A stretch of DNA of 64,000 bases from Owenia fusiformis. Its lineage: Eukaryota. The DNA is taken from assembly GCA_903813345.2 (NCBI GenBank), contig CAIIXF020000001.1, forward strand, positions 28,706,001 to 28,770,000, given 5' to 3'. The position numbers were made by a program, and so were the translations under genes. Position 1 is the first letter of the stretch. Every line of letters begins with the position of its first letter. Shown here piece by piece: positions 1 through 12,893 of this stretch. The notes under the pieces are model-generated. The model searched no databases, had not been told where the DNA came from, and was given only the letters and a program-made list of their open reading frames with translations.

Positions 1-1214
1 TGGAATTTCAAAACACAATCATGCTCCAATCCCTCTAATAGTCCATATCTATACAGAGAACTGTCCATTTACATGTATTGCAATATCAAAGGAAATCAAT
101 GAACTCGTTAACAAATGCATGACACTAATTGAGTGTTGATTGCATTCGAGCATGATTACATGGGATATGATGAAGCCATGTAACATAAAGATAAAATCCA
201 TGTTCTTTCTCATCATGTCGGATTCCATGTGTCCAGGAATGGATTAGTCCGAGAATGCTACAAAATCATTATTTTCAATTTGATATTTGATAAAAACATT
301 ACACACAAGCTTAAGGGATTTGGATGTATATTAACACAACCAATTTATAACTTGCATTTTGACGATAGTAGTAGGCTGTCATGGTTGTGCCAAGATCAAC
401 CAATTCTCTCAATCAACCTACTTATTTTGGTTACTCAAGACCTTTATTAACAGTGACTGTTTTAATGTAATTGAGTACATAGTACTCATTATTTACTCAT
501 CAAAATGTTTAAGTGTTAACAATCTTATATTTCACGATTCATTTAATTCAATGTACATTGAGTTACATTGCCTTCACATTACATAATATATGAAACACTT
601 GGTTTAGGAAGCAGTAAATACCCATATACATAAAAGAAACCTTACATATGCATGATGTATATATTATTAATAAACTAACACTCCCTTATGCTGGGGTTAG
701 TATAAATGAACTCAAAGCATGTTCCACAAAGCCATTAGTTTAAATCATACACAAAAAATAATCACAATTCTAAAAAAATTACTTTTATTTAGTCATTCAT
801 AGAAAATAGTTGACTTACAAAATGTACATGTTAATTGATGTATGCAGATTACAGTTCAGATATGTCACTTCATCTGAGAAACATGTTACATTCTGATCAG
901 GCTGTGTTATAAGCACTCATCCATTGATTAATACTGAATTAAACTTAAACTGAGCCACCAGATAATTACTAATTTTTACCAGTAAATCTAAAATCCTTAT
1001 AACACATCCTCAATCTGATCATTCAAACATTCAAAAGATCACATAGTATTATTCAATTCTATAAGTCATACGTACTGCAATTGCAAGCTATGGCATACTA
1101 TACACAAATATTGCACAAGAAACTTAACATTAGCAAAAAAATATCCTAATAGATGGTGCTGTAAGCATAGTACAATCAGATCCATAGTCTCTATACGTGG
1201 CCCTCTTCTCAAGG

Positions 1215-1289
1215 TCACTTCTTCAAAGGGTCAAGGTCATCCAAAGAGAAATCGTCAGTTCCAAAAGATAAACCCTGGCTGAAGCCCAC
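1215..1289 (-). CDS. GULP1: GULP1 terminal coding exon ([24 protein letters not shown])
   Basis: gtgtag acceptor; TGA at 1215-1217; CED-6-like C-terminal motif. Confidence 0.9.
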   Translation of the reverse strand: MGFSQGLSFGTDDFSLDDLDPLKK

Positions 1290-4200
1290 CTACACACCAT
1301 GCATTGGAAGAAACAAAGCAATGTTAGTTAATCAGTCCAGAGATAAACATGGAAAGGTTTCAGGGGTCACAGTTTATTTCATCAACTTGTGACAACCCCT
1401 CCTCAAGTTTCGGAAACACTTTCATTTTTAATAGAGATCCAAAGAGAGAGATCTAGTTTTTTAGAACAATTTTTAAAGTGCTCCATGCATTCCGTCATGT
1501 AGTGTTTTATTTGGAATAGTCTTTTAGTATGAACAAAATCACAAGTGAACAACACAAAATATAATTCATGGAGGCTAATTACATAAAAAACCAAGCAATA
1601 TTCAACATGAATAATCTAAGCATTTCAATAAAGTACTGTGCACCTTTAATAACCTTAACAAACTATCCTTCCCATGCTAAAACATATTATATATAATGGA
1701 GTTTAAACTAATGTGTGAGAACTTATTCATGCAAAATACAACCAAACATGGTATGTATAGTTACTTGGCCATTGAGGTGTATGGTCATACAAAGGCAAGT
1801 CTCATGGTGGCAATGGATATGAATTGGATGGAAGCAAGATGGGGAATGATCTTGATTAGACCATCTAACAATGTTAACATTATTTGGCATTTGCTATTTC
1901 AACCCATATTTTTCATAAGACATAACCACCATGTGATTTCCAGTCCTAAGGGCATAGGGGACATTTACCTGTAAATCCATCATCTCTTGATTGACCTGGA
2001 AGATCTGGGAGTCTAACTGCTGTGTGGAGGGGTTGAATGATGGCATTCCAAATGGATCATTTGCTGGCTGTTGTTGTTGCTGGACTGAAGGATCAAATTG
2101 TTGCTGTTGTTGTTTCTGTTGCTGCTGTTGTTGCATAGGTGGTGCCCCAAATATATCCACCAAAGCTAAAGTATGTACATCAATGGTTAAAAATTCAAGG
2201 AGCAAAGATTTGAAACTAAATGCAAAGATATTTCAGGGAATACCTAGAATAACATATTTTATCCTATGCCAAGTAGAGTTTTAGGGAGATAAGTTGGTAA
2301 GATATATCCCGTATCCTGATTTTGAGGTTTCCATATCCAGAACCTCCATATCTTCTGCCATATCTCCCGCTTCGGTGCATATCTTCCCGCTTCGGTGCAT
2401 ATCTTCCCGCTTCCAGTAATTTCACTGAAAATTCTACTTGGTATAGGATAAAGCAGTTATGTACAGTCGGTTTGGATATTGGGTTCATCCCTCGTGAGAT
2501 ATGCACATCTACCTTCTGTCCCTACGGTCCCTCAGGTAGATATGCATATCTCCCTCTGGATAAACCCCATATCCAAAACCTCCCAGTACATAACCCTTAT
2601 TTATCGCATATTTTGATAAAATTTAAATGAATATTTGACTCGAATATGTGTTGAATAAATAATCTTGTAAAAAATGATTTCTATAGCGATAATGGATTTT
2701 ACTAAAATGTTTTGAGAAAAGCCTCCTGGCCTTACCTTGCTGGTTATTCTGTGGGGTGGGCTGTTGTTGTGTCTGCTGCTGTTGCTTTGCTATTGGGGGT
2801 GGCACCTGGGCTGGAGAATTGCCTGCTTGAGGTCTTGGTCTTGCTGTAGAAGGTGGGGGTTGTACTACAAACACAACATCGTGCCTCAAAACAACATCGT
2901 GCCTCAACACAACATCGTGCCTCAACACAGCATCGTGCCTCAACACAACATCGTGCCTCAACACAACATCGTGCCTCAACACAACATCGTGCCTCAACAC
3001 AGCATCGTGCCTCAACACAACATCGTGCCTCAACACAGCATCGTGCCTCAACACAACATCGTGCCTCAACACAACATGCCTCTTTTATGTAACATAAATG
3101 GTCATTCAATCTTGAAAAGGGGTTTCTTAATTCTGAAGGGTTTTCCACAAATTAAAATGATGTACCACGATAAAGATCATAATCATTGCTGTTACTAAAT
3201 CAGCCAAACATCCAAAGTTGGTCAAATACCTTAAAAGGCAGCGAGCCAGCCAGATTTACGATATTGCTTACATTTGTAATATACAGAAATTTTTGTTTAT
3301 TTTGAGTAATATATACATATAAAGTAATTCAAAAAAAGAGGCAAGGGGATAATTCCAAATGTGTTTCATCCTTCTGATTGTTGCACAATTGATTAATCTA
3401 ACAGTACACTTACAAGTGGGCATTGTGGTCGGTGGGTTGTTTGTTGGTGTAGATTTCAGTGTTGTGCCATTGGTGTGTGGAGCAGCATTTGTAGATGGAG
3501 CAGCATTAGTAGTAGTAGCAGGTGAACCATTGAAGTTGTCCTCAAATACAAGACCTTCTAATTTCCTACCTACTGTTGGCTGCGACTGAAATGAGAAATA
3601 TAGAAATATAAACAACGCACCAGATTTTAAATGAAGCTAAGGCTGGATACTACTTTAGATTAAAATAGAAAAAATGAATTCTTCTGGGAATAGCAAAGTG
3701 TTTACATTGAGAGGTGCAATGCACTAGACTGACATAACATTTATATTAATAGAGATTTTACATTTTGGCATGCCATCTCCTGAACTAAGGTGAACTAAGG
3801 TCATGTGATCATTTATATCCAATCAGAATGCATTTCTGCCACATAGTGATAGCATAGTGATCCAAAGCTAAACCAAGGTGTAGGAAGGGTTTATATTATC
3901 ATATAGAAGGGGTATACTCTTCTGATTGGCCATAGTTGACATGCATGTTTGCAAACTTAGTACTGGTATCCTGACAAAATGAATTCATACTACACTGATG
4001 CCTGCGTCACATTTGCTCCGTTTGTTCAAAATTGTATTCAATTTTGAACAAAATACTCAATCGGCAGGGCGCCGTAGTGAAAATCGGAGCAATCGGTATT
4101 ACTTGTACACAGTGCATACCAATAGCCCATTTCAGTATTGCAATTTCTAAGAATGGTTTACACATTTTATAAAGAAGGGTTTCCAAAATGCTCCATCATG

Positions 4201-7200
4201 GAATACCATGACCCTCTCTTCTTGCATCATAGACACAGACATGATTTTAGATGCGATGTTTATCAGAATTCTGATTTTCATTTGAAAATGCTCTGAGACT
4301 GACGTCTTCCTATATAACTTGGCGGGAGCGTTCAAAGTACTTTCTTGATCACTAAAAATAAATGCCACTGTCACAGGAACTCTGCATTAAATGTAAATCC
4401 ATTGAATATTAATCCGTATGCTTAAAGTTAAGTAAGTTACGAAGATCAGATTCTTTATTACACTTGATACAAATCTATATTGATATTCAAAATCTAAGTA
4501 AACCTCTTATTTTGAAGAACCAACTATTCATCATATTACTCAGATTGGATTAATCAATATTCTCATAGTCTCTCTTGTTTGTATGATTGTTCAGTATAAA
4601 TCAAACATCTTAAACATCTCAAACGTCATATTTTCTCCATTCTTCAGGGTGTATAAACTAACAGTTCTCCAGTGTGGGTTAAGGAAGTAGTTATCAGAAA
4701 TTTACACAAAACAGGAAATGAAAAAACATGTGGATATTCGATTTTTTTAAAACTGAATAGAGTTCTGTTTTGCCCATCAATCAGTTTTACTACTACTCAT
4801 TTACATGACCAGGATCACAATGAACATGCTCAGAATGACTCTAAACATCATGTGAGACTTTGTTGTGACTGAAGTTGTGACTGAAAAATGCTTAAAAAGT
4901 TTACCTTTAAAAATGTCGCCATACAGAATGTTCGGAATTTTTCAAAAAATGTGCCATATATATTGCTCTAAATCATACGAGCTTCGAAATTTTGACAAGT
5001 TGATGAAACAAAAAGTGTGAGCATAAAAAGAAAATGGATTGCTTTCTAAATCAGTTTTCTCATTTTTTTCTATTTCTAGGAATGAATTCAGATTTTCAAA
5101 GCTCGTATCATTTCAAATAATATATTTGGCACACTTTCTGAAAAATGCAATAGATTCTGTTTGGTGACCTTTCCAAAAGTCCAACTTTTAACTGTTTTAG
5201 TCACATTTTCTGAGTCACACTCCTGTGTATATACTTTCTCAGGTATGTATGAACCGAAACTAGGTTCATTTCCCATGTGCCTAAACCAATATTTTATATT
5301 TTTATTCACCAATGTTTCAGAATCAATATATTGTATGAAGAGACATTACGTTATATCTCCAGTATGAACATGTATATGAACCAACACGCCTGTGTATATA
5401 CTTTCTCCAGTATGTATGAACAAATATCATGTACATGTACTCCATTGTTTATGAACACACATTTTGTATCAACAAATAATATGTACTTTCTCCAGTGTGT
5501 ATGAACGCAGATGATTTATGTTCTCTAGTTTGTATGAACAAATATTTTGTTTATTCATCAATGTGCATGCATGAACCAACACATTTTAATTTGTATATGG
5601 AACCCAATGGTTAATTATAAGTACCGTATTTCCAAGTAATATTTTTTTAGAAATGTGTCTGTTTGTGTAATTTAGTCAATAAACGAACTATAATTGTCTG
5701 TAATAATAGAGAAATTCATAGTGATTTATTGGGCGTTTTGGTAAAGCCTTTGGTTTGTAATGGGAAGATTGTCTTTATCACTAGAACTGTTCTGCATGGG
5801 GTCTTTTGCATAGTGATAAGTTATATACTATTCTAGTATATTTACTACATAGATTTGCAATGTCTAGGTTTTATTCAAGGAACTGGCTCCACTGAGTGTG
5901 TATTCAAATGTTGTGCTTATAAAATGTAGGCTCCTATACTACCTTATGAATGAAAATAAACTCTTCCAAAAGTGATAGGACCTTAGTGCACCCATGCCAT
6001 CTTAGGTTAGGACCTTAGGTTGGCATGCCAAAATGTAAAATCTCTATTGGGGCAATAAGGGACATCCATTATTATTCTGACCTACATGCATCATCTAAAT
6101 CACAAGTTTGTTGCATCCATATGAATGAAAAGGGAAATAATAGATTGGAATTAAGAAATTATTTACATATACATGTACATGTGCTGAACAGTGGTACATG
6201 TACTATTTAGTGTATGTATTTGAAATGTAGAGTACATATTTGCAGTGTTTCCTACCTGAGGAGTATTTTCTTGAGCAGGTGTTTGAGACGTCCACCCTTG
6301 TACTACTTGGATGTGATCATCATCTGCACCATTTTGTGAAGTGGAGGATGTTACATTGCTAATCTACAAAACAATTGCATGAACATTTCTATCATTACCT
6401 TTGTTTTCTACATGTTATCAATGATGGCCTTGTTACCTGGATGAAAATTCATGATGCATAACAATAAACAGTCCATTTGATTTTATCAAATAAAAAAATT
6501 TCACCCGGGGTATATTCGCGAACCCCTGGTAATACGTGTAATGTGTGACATCATAATGGCAGGCCGTAGTAATGGCGGACCATAATGAATATTCGAAACA
6601 TTTTGGTGAGTTTTCATGTTCGAATCGTAATATAGACCTCAGAGCAGGTGTACTATTGTCGAATACACCCCTTAGGGCTAGGCACAAAAGCTTTCGAACC
6701 CCTCACTCCCTTCGGTCGTTTGGGGTACAGAAAACGTACAATAGTACCCCTGCTCTTCGGTCTATATTTCTTAAGTAATGATATATGACTACTTACCCCT
6801 TGTTGCTGTTTATACTGCTCTACATCTGCCCGGTCTTTCAGTTTCTCCATCTCAGTGAGGCGTTTTTTCAACTCTGCATTCTCATGTTGTAGCAAAGTGA
6901 CCTATAATATACATCAGACAATATCTAACATACAATATCAGAACATGTAACATACATAAAACCATGTAGCATATATTGGACTATTGAACATACAAGTACA
7001 TACTTGTACAGCAGATGATTGAACATACATCAGATCATGTAACATACATAAAACCATGTAGCATACATTGGACTATTGACAAGTACATTCTTGTACAGCA
7101 GATGATTGAACATACATCAGATCATGTAACACACATAAAACCATGTAGCATATATTGGACTATTGAACATACAAGTACATACTTGTACAGCAGATGATTG

Positions 7201-10200
7201 AACATACATCAGATCATGTAACATACATAAACCATGTAGCATATATTGGACTATTGAACATACAAGTACATACTTGTACAGCAGACGATTGAACATACAT
7301 CAGATCATGTAACATACATAAAACCATGTAGCATACATTGGACTATTGAACATACAAGTACATACTTGTACAGCAGACGATTGAACATACATCAGATCAT
7401 GTAACATACATAAAACCATGTAGCATACATTGGACTATTGAACATACAAGTACATACTTGTACAGCAGACGATTGAACATACATCAGATCATGTAACATA
7501 CATAAAACCATGTAGCATACATTGGACTATTGAACATACAAGTACATACTTGTACAGCAGATGATTGAACATACATCAGATCATGTAACATACATAAAAC
7601 CATGTAGCATACATTGGACTATTGAACATACAAGTACATACTTGTACAGCAGACGATTGAACAGACATCAGATCATGTAACATACATAAAACCATGTAGC
7701 ATACATTGGACTATTGAACATACAAGTACATACTTGTACAGCAGACGATTGAACATACATCAGAGCATACATTGGACTACTGAACATACAAGTACATACT
7801 TGTACAGCAGACGATTGAGCATACATCAGATCATGTAACATATATCAGAACAGTATCAGAGAATGTAACATACATCAAACCATGTATATGTAAGATACAT
7901 CAGACATTGTAACATTTATCAGAGAATGTAACATACCTGGTAACAGACATGCAATAGACATGCAATATACATCAGACTTTGTGACATACGAGTCATACAT
8001 TAGACCATTTAACATACATAAGACCATGTAACATGCATAAGACCATGTAACATACATTAGACCATGTAACATATATCAGAGAATATAACTACATGTATAT
8101 TAGTTCATGTAACATACATTAAATATACAAGATGTATATATCTTATTGACTCTTTAGATGTCATGATATGACACTATGTATCATATATCACAAAATGTAA
8201 CATACATATAAAGACATGTAATATACATCAGACCATGTAGCATACATTAGATCATTTCAAAAACAGATTATATACATCAGACCATGTAACATAGTACAGT
8301 GTATTTAGAAGTACAGTACACTATATTTAGACTTACCTTTTTCTGTAGTAAAAGATACTGTTTCTTCATGTCCATATCTTTTGATGATGAGTCCAAGAAT
8401 TTCTTGTAAGCCAAATCAAATGCTTGACCAACTGTTAATGTAATCTCCTCAGCCTTTGAAAACACAGAAGGCAGCTTATTAGAAGGCATTATAGCGAGAT
8501 ACCCCATAGACAATACCAGTACATGTATATTGTATATGTACACCGGATCAGGTTTAGATAAGATAACAACTATGAACAGACCTACATCATTCGTTGTGTA
8601 TTCATTTCCGATTTACTGAAACTTGAGAAAATAATTAAGTGAAAGTCCAAGATTTTCAGTTCATTTTAATTCCTCCAACGATGTCAAAATGAGGATCATA
8701 GTGTCTCAGTGTGGAAACTTAACAGCCACATCTCGCCAGAGGCGTATTAAATATGAAAACCTCTCATCAAAATGGAATGCTACTTTGTTATTTTCTTCAG
8801 GTGTGTTATAATAATTAATAATGAATTCAATAAATTAACTCATTTTTACGAGCTATTAGGGAAGAGTAACTGTATGAGACAATTAATAAAATATCACAGC
8901 TGGCTATATTAATAAAATATCCTCAGAAAAGTAACTTCTAATTTCAAAAATAATTTTGTATTTTTGTTTATTCATGAAACATTTTAATTATAAACAGATA
9001 AATACTGGAGTTAAATGTGATTATGTTTTGCCATATGTATTGATTGTAGATAATTATTTATTTTGTAAACTATCAAATTATATCAGATACAACTTTATTT
9101 ATGCTGAATTATGACTTCAAAATTCTAAAATGTGGGAAAACACTGGTTCATAGTGCTGTTACAAATATGTCCAACAAAATCAGAATATTGAGAGAAGATT
9201 TTTCTGTGTATTGCACTCAGGTACTCATTTGAGATAATAGCATTGCTACTTACACATTTTTCACTGTTAAAGACAAAGCACTGATGGGTGTTGTGTTCTG
9301 TATCTTTAGCTATGAAGGTGAATACACGTTTATCGACCTTGTCATCAGCACAGTAGGAAATTCTGTGTAGTGGATACTGATGTTGAATAATCTGAAAAAA
9401 ATACATGTATACTTGGTTAGCTTCAATACACAAGGGTTATGTACTTGGACGTTTTAGATACAGTCTTTATTCCCCAGGTAAATAGATGGTCTTATATTGA
9501 TGGAGTTTTATTATTGAACTATTATATGCCATTTATACTAAGTAGATACAAAGCTAGTAGTTAGAATTCAAAGCATATTTATTTCTATCGTAACACAGAA
9601 TTATTTTAAAAACAAAGACCAAAGACTTACTTTAGATTTAGGGTCCTGTACAGTGACGCCATCAGCAGATATAGTGAGCTCAACTTTTGGAGGTTTCTGA
9701 CCTTCGGCTTTCTTTAGTTGTTTGTTGAATTTCATTTTACGGATAGCATCTTTAACGACTTCTGTACCTTTTGGTTGGTCCACTTCACAGTGACCCAAAA
9801 ACTGTGAAAAAATGAACAGGTTGAAATGAATTCAAACATTGTTTAGACTTTTGGCATTTCATGTTGGTTTAACATGTTTCAACTGATTTATAAGGGTTTC
9901 TTTTCTATTATTTTCAAATGTTTCCCTTTTTACTTTTTCAGTTACAAGTGGTAATAAGGCATTTACATGCAAAATGTCACCACCTACCATTTGTTACAGA
10001 CACCGAAAGTTGGAGACTATAACAATATGTCACAGTTTTGAATCAACCCTTTGGCCTTATTTGATCAATAAAGTAATTGCAAAAATTATTGCTTATGTCA
10101 ATCCCTATTCACCAACATTTTCATATTTACTGACGGATCTAGACTGATCAATGACGTCATTCCTTGGCAGACAACCTGCTGAAATTAGATTCTATGGAAG

Positions 10201-10589
10201 TCAACTCAGGTATTTACTGTAAGCAGGTTTGGAATTGAGTACATTTGAAATGTACTGAGTATAGCACATGCATTACAAGTAAAGCAAAACCTGTATATTC
10301 GAACACCTGTCTAATCCAAAGCTCTCAATGTGAACACTTTTTCTTGGTCCCAAAATTGTTACCTCCCATTTACTTACATGTTTATGAAACCTTGAAATGT
10401 GAACATCTGCAAATCTGAACACTTTTGACCAGTCAAAGAGGCATTAAGATTAGACAGTTTTACTGTGTATATGAATGACATTTATTAACTTGCTGTAGCT
10501 GAACATGCTTCAGATTTCCCTTACCTTCACATTGTAGACGATGTGTCCTCGAACCATGGCTTCTGCTGGATGAACCCATTGCTTCCCCA
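1215..10589 (-). CDS. GULP1: CED-6/GULP1 PTB-domain engulfment adaptor, core coding exons (N-terminus supplied by upstream exons)
   Basis: Spliced exons (minus): 10525-10589, 9631-9801, 9254-9391, 8337-8453, 6797-6901, 6256-6363, 3414-3585, 2736-2864, 1969-2165, 1215-1289. All are AG/GT bounded with consistent phases. The translation [75 protein letters not shown] matches the GULP1/CED-6 PTB domain, followed by a coiled coil, a P/Q-rich region and the C-terminus [23 protein letters not shown]. Confidence 0.95.
1969..2165 (-). CDS. GULP1: GULP1 polyQ/DPF exon
   Basis: tttag/GTAAAT; phase 1-0; [13 protein letters not shown]...NDPFGM...EMMDLQ. Confidence 0.9.
2258..2570. mobile_element. Palindromic non-autonomous element (two hairpins)
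   Basis: Inverted repeat TTTATCCTATRCCAAGTAGARTTTT at ~2258 and ~2452, plus a second hairpin 2481-2567 with loop GTCCCTACGGTCCCTC; a related hairpin occurs at ~41220-41340. Confidence 0.55.
2736..2864 (-). CDS. GULP1: GULP1 proline/glutamine-rich exon
   Basis: ttgtag/GTAAGG; phase 1-1. Confidence 0.87.
2871..3076. repeat. 18-bp minisatellite (ACACAACATCGTGCCTCA), about 11 copies, abutting a GULP1 splice acceptor
   Basis: Directly visible tandem array. Confidence 0.95.
3414..3585 (-). CDS. GULP1: GULP1 exon ([18 protein letters not shown]...)
   Basis: tttcag/GTAAGT; phase 0-1. Confidence 0.88.
3751..6045. mobile_element. Non-autonomous DNA transposon with a 25-bp TIR, AT-flanked (PHIS/ISL2EU-like?)
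   Basis: AGAGATTTTACATTTTGGCATGCCA ... TGGCATGCCAAAATGTAAAATCTCT, with subterminal CTAAGG repeats. Confidence 0.7.
6256..6363 (-). CDS. GULP1: GULP1 exon ([12 protein letters not shown]...ENTPQ)
   Basis: tttgtag/GTAGGA; 108 nt, open, phase 0-0. Confidence 0.8.
6628..6768. repeat. Hairpin of a palindromic dispersed repeat
   Basis: TATAGACC..AGAGCAGGTGTACTATTGT pairs with ACAATAGTACCCCTGCTCT..GGTCTATA. Confidence 0.6.
6797..6901 (-). CDS. GULP1: GULP1 coiled-coil exon ([15 protein letters not shown]...)
   Basis: tatag/GTAAGT; 105 nt; corresponds to the leucine-zipper segment. Confidence 0.92.
6935..8295. repeat. 92-bp minisatellite (~10 copies, to ~7845) decaying into ~20-bp CATGTAACATACATCAGA-like repeats
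   Basis: Unit starts at 7289, 7381 and 7473 (period 92); the array fills almost the whole intron. Confidence 0.93.
8337..8453 (-). CDS. GULP1: GULP1 exon ([19 protein letters not shown]...LLLQKK)
   Basis: ttcaaag/GTAAGT; 117 nt. Confidence 0.95.
9254..9391 (-). CDS. GULP1: GULP1 PTB exon ([18 protein letters not shown]...SEKC)
   Basis: ttttcag/GTAAGT; 138 nt. Confidence 0.95.
9631..9801 (-). CDS. GULP1: GULP1 PTB exon ([12 protein letters not shown]...QDPKSK)
   Basis: cacag/GTAAGT; 171 nt, phase 0-0. Confidence 0.95.
10525..10589 (-). CDS. GULP1: GULP1 exon ([21 protein letters not shown]), phase-1 acceptor
   Basis: tttcag acceptor, GTAAGG donor; 65 nt; start of the PTB domain. Confidence 0.92.
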
Positions 10590-11460
10590 CTGAAACATTT
10601 GAAATTGAATTATATTAGATTACCTTGTTTTTAAGCACTTTAAGGTATGAGATAGCATACATATAATACAAATGGATATACAGTGTACTGATTAAGTAGA
10701 TGCTTTCACTTTTTGTTCATTAAAAGAGCATGGCAGGGAAAACATAAATTTTACTCTTTATAAACTCCAAAGTCAATTTATTCATTGAAATTACAGTATA
10801 GTAAGACATAATTCCTGGTCTAATATAAAACTAAAAATAACCTGCTGCATTTAAAATCTGATATTACATTTCTGATATTCAAATACAACCTGGTACCAGA
10901 CTTTTGAATTATTGATTGTCAAAGGCTTCCTTATCTAGGAGCATCATGTCAGTTATCACTTATCAGATTCTAGGCACTCGCCAGGAAATAATATTTGAGT
11001 TGTTTAAATAAATAGTTGAATTTTTCATATTTAAAAAAACAAAATATAAAGATGCAACTCATATTTTACTTGTTACTTTGTTTCTTAGTAATATTTATAT
11101 TTTCTATGGAAATGAATCCTATATACAAAAAATGAATAAGAAACGATTGCAGCAGAATTGTCCATGTCATCATTTGGTAAATCATATTTATTCTCCCTAT
11201 CATCTTATTGTTTTAACTTGTTATGGGCCACTGACATGAGGGTATTTCAAAAAGTATTTTTCAAACGCAAACAGTATTATTTGCCTATGCCAATTATAAT
11301 TTCTCATTCCCTAAAATTTAAATAAAAAGTATGAAAAATATACATGTATGTTTAATATATGATGTATGTTTAAAATATGTTGTTAAACATATTGTTTGCC
11401 CCAGAGCTCATTGACAAGTGACTCCCCATCTAATTCCCCAATGTAAATGAGATAACTTAC

Positions 11461-11498
11461 TCTTCACTCCAGGCATTTTATACTCTAAAATCATATTG
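11461..11498 (-). CDS. GULP1: Candidate GULP1 38-nt micro-exon, copy 1 (NMILEYKMPGVK)
   Basis: tgcag acceptor with upstream TTCTAAT branch-like motif; GTAAGT donor in phase 1, matching exon 10525-10589; internal AAAATG. Confidence 0.6.
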
Positions 11499-12278
11499 CT
11501 GCATTTACAAATAAAAAAATTAGAAGACTAGGATTGGGGTACACATATCTAAAAAAGTCCTTTCCATCTTTCATTACAGGAATATGTGCCTCAGACTATA
11601 GGGGGGGGGGGGACAAAACAAGTGCAGTATCAATGGAAATGATTGCATACTCAAACTGTGTTAGTCAATCATGCAACTAATCCACTTTAGTGAGAACATA
11701 TTCTTGGTTATTTTGAGTTTATCAAATTAGAGGTCTTTGAGAGATATATGAGGAGAGAAGAAAATTGGACAATGACTCTACAGAGGGATGTGTTAAACAG
11801 ATACTACATCTCTACATGTATAGACAGTTCTGCAATAGAAAATATTCAGAGATGTATCCAACTTATTAGAGGTGCAACTCAGGTTGAGCTAGCCAGGGCT
11901 GTCTTGATAAGTAGACATAAGTTTGTCTTTTCTATATCATATGAAAGATCAATTTGTGAGTTTGCTATAACTTGAGTTAACTCACAAAACTTGAATTATT
12001 GAACGTTATTACAGTAAAACTGATAAATTTAAGAAATTTCATGAGAGAACAGGAATTGGGGTATCCAGGGAACCAATGATGACGTGATGTGATATCTATC
12101 AAATAATTTATTATGTATACATTTGTACTCTCTTCCTCGACAAGAAAATATTGATACTCAAACAAGTTTAGATGTACTTTCCCACTGCTGAAAAATGCTA
12201 AGTGATATTTAGATTTTGTGATTTCAGATCATTTTTTGTTTGAAAGAGATGGAAAAGTGGATCATGTCATAAGGCATA

Positions 12279-12705
12279 AATAGAGGATATCCTATGATTT
12301 ATGAGTGATATGATTTTTATCCACGAATGGATATGATACGAGCGAGCGTAGTGAGAGAGTGCAGATATCAATATCCATGAGTGGATTAAAATCATATCAC
12401 GAGTAAATCATAGGATGTTCTTTTAATTCCATAGATAAAGTCATCATCAGAATCGTCGGAAATTAAGTGATTTAATTCGAATTTTCCAAACGACCCGGCA
12501 ATGTTGACACTAAGCCTCGTTTTGAGTCTAAAGTAGCAAAAATCCATAAACAATCGCATACGACGCCGTATGTCATGGCTAAAAAACCATATGCTATGGT
12601 TAAGTGAAAATTTGTCAAAAATATCATATTTTACCACTGATTCCAAAAATACCGTTTTTATTTTCACATGTTATCCTATGAATATCATGCTAACTATGGA
12701 ATAAA
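12279..12705. mobile_element. 427-bp insertion present only in duplication copy A
   Basis: Empty site GGCATACTATTT in copy B; filled site GGCATA-[AATAGAGG...GGAATAAA]-TACTATTT; long hairpin at 12285-12420; no terminal inverted repeats. Confidence 0.8.
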
Positions 12706-12893
12706 TACTATTTTGACACTGAAATAAAATTGAACCAAGTCTCTGACATAGTCTTGTGCTTTATCTAAAATTGCCCTTTGTATCCGGTATTCAGAAAAAA
12801 TACTCCAGACAATTTTAAACTTCTGTCAAAATAAAGTATTTCCCAAAGTTACTAAAATTCTGGCCATATCCAGCTTCTGATCATCCAGTATTT

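Noticed and set aside
1991..2284. Cys-rich ORF resembling a metallothionein
   Set aside because: Antisense reading of the GULP1 CAA/CAG polyQ exon.
2623..3198. Four overlapping repetitive ORFs (LRHDVV, VEARCC, PQHNIV, ASTQHR repeats)
   Set aside because: Artefacts of a stop-free 18-bp minisatellite; only 2736-2864 is a real exon.
10624..10637. 14-nt micro-exon linking phase-2 first exons to GULP1
   Set aside because: Introduces an in-frame TAA, and the downstream intron would be only ~34 nt.
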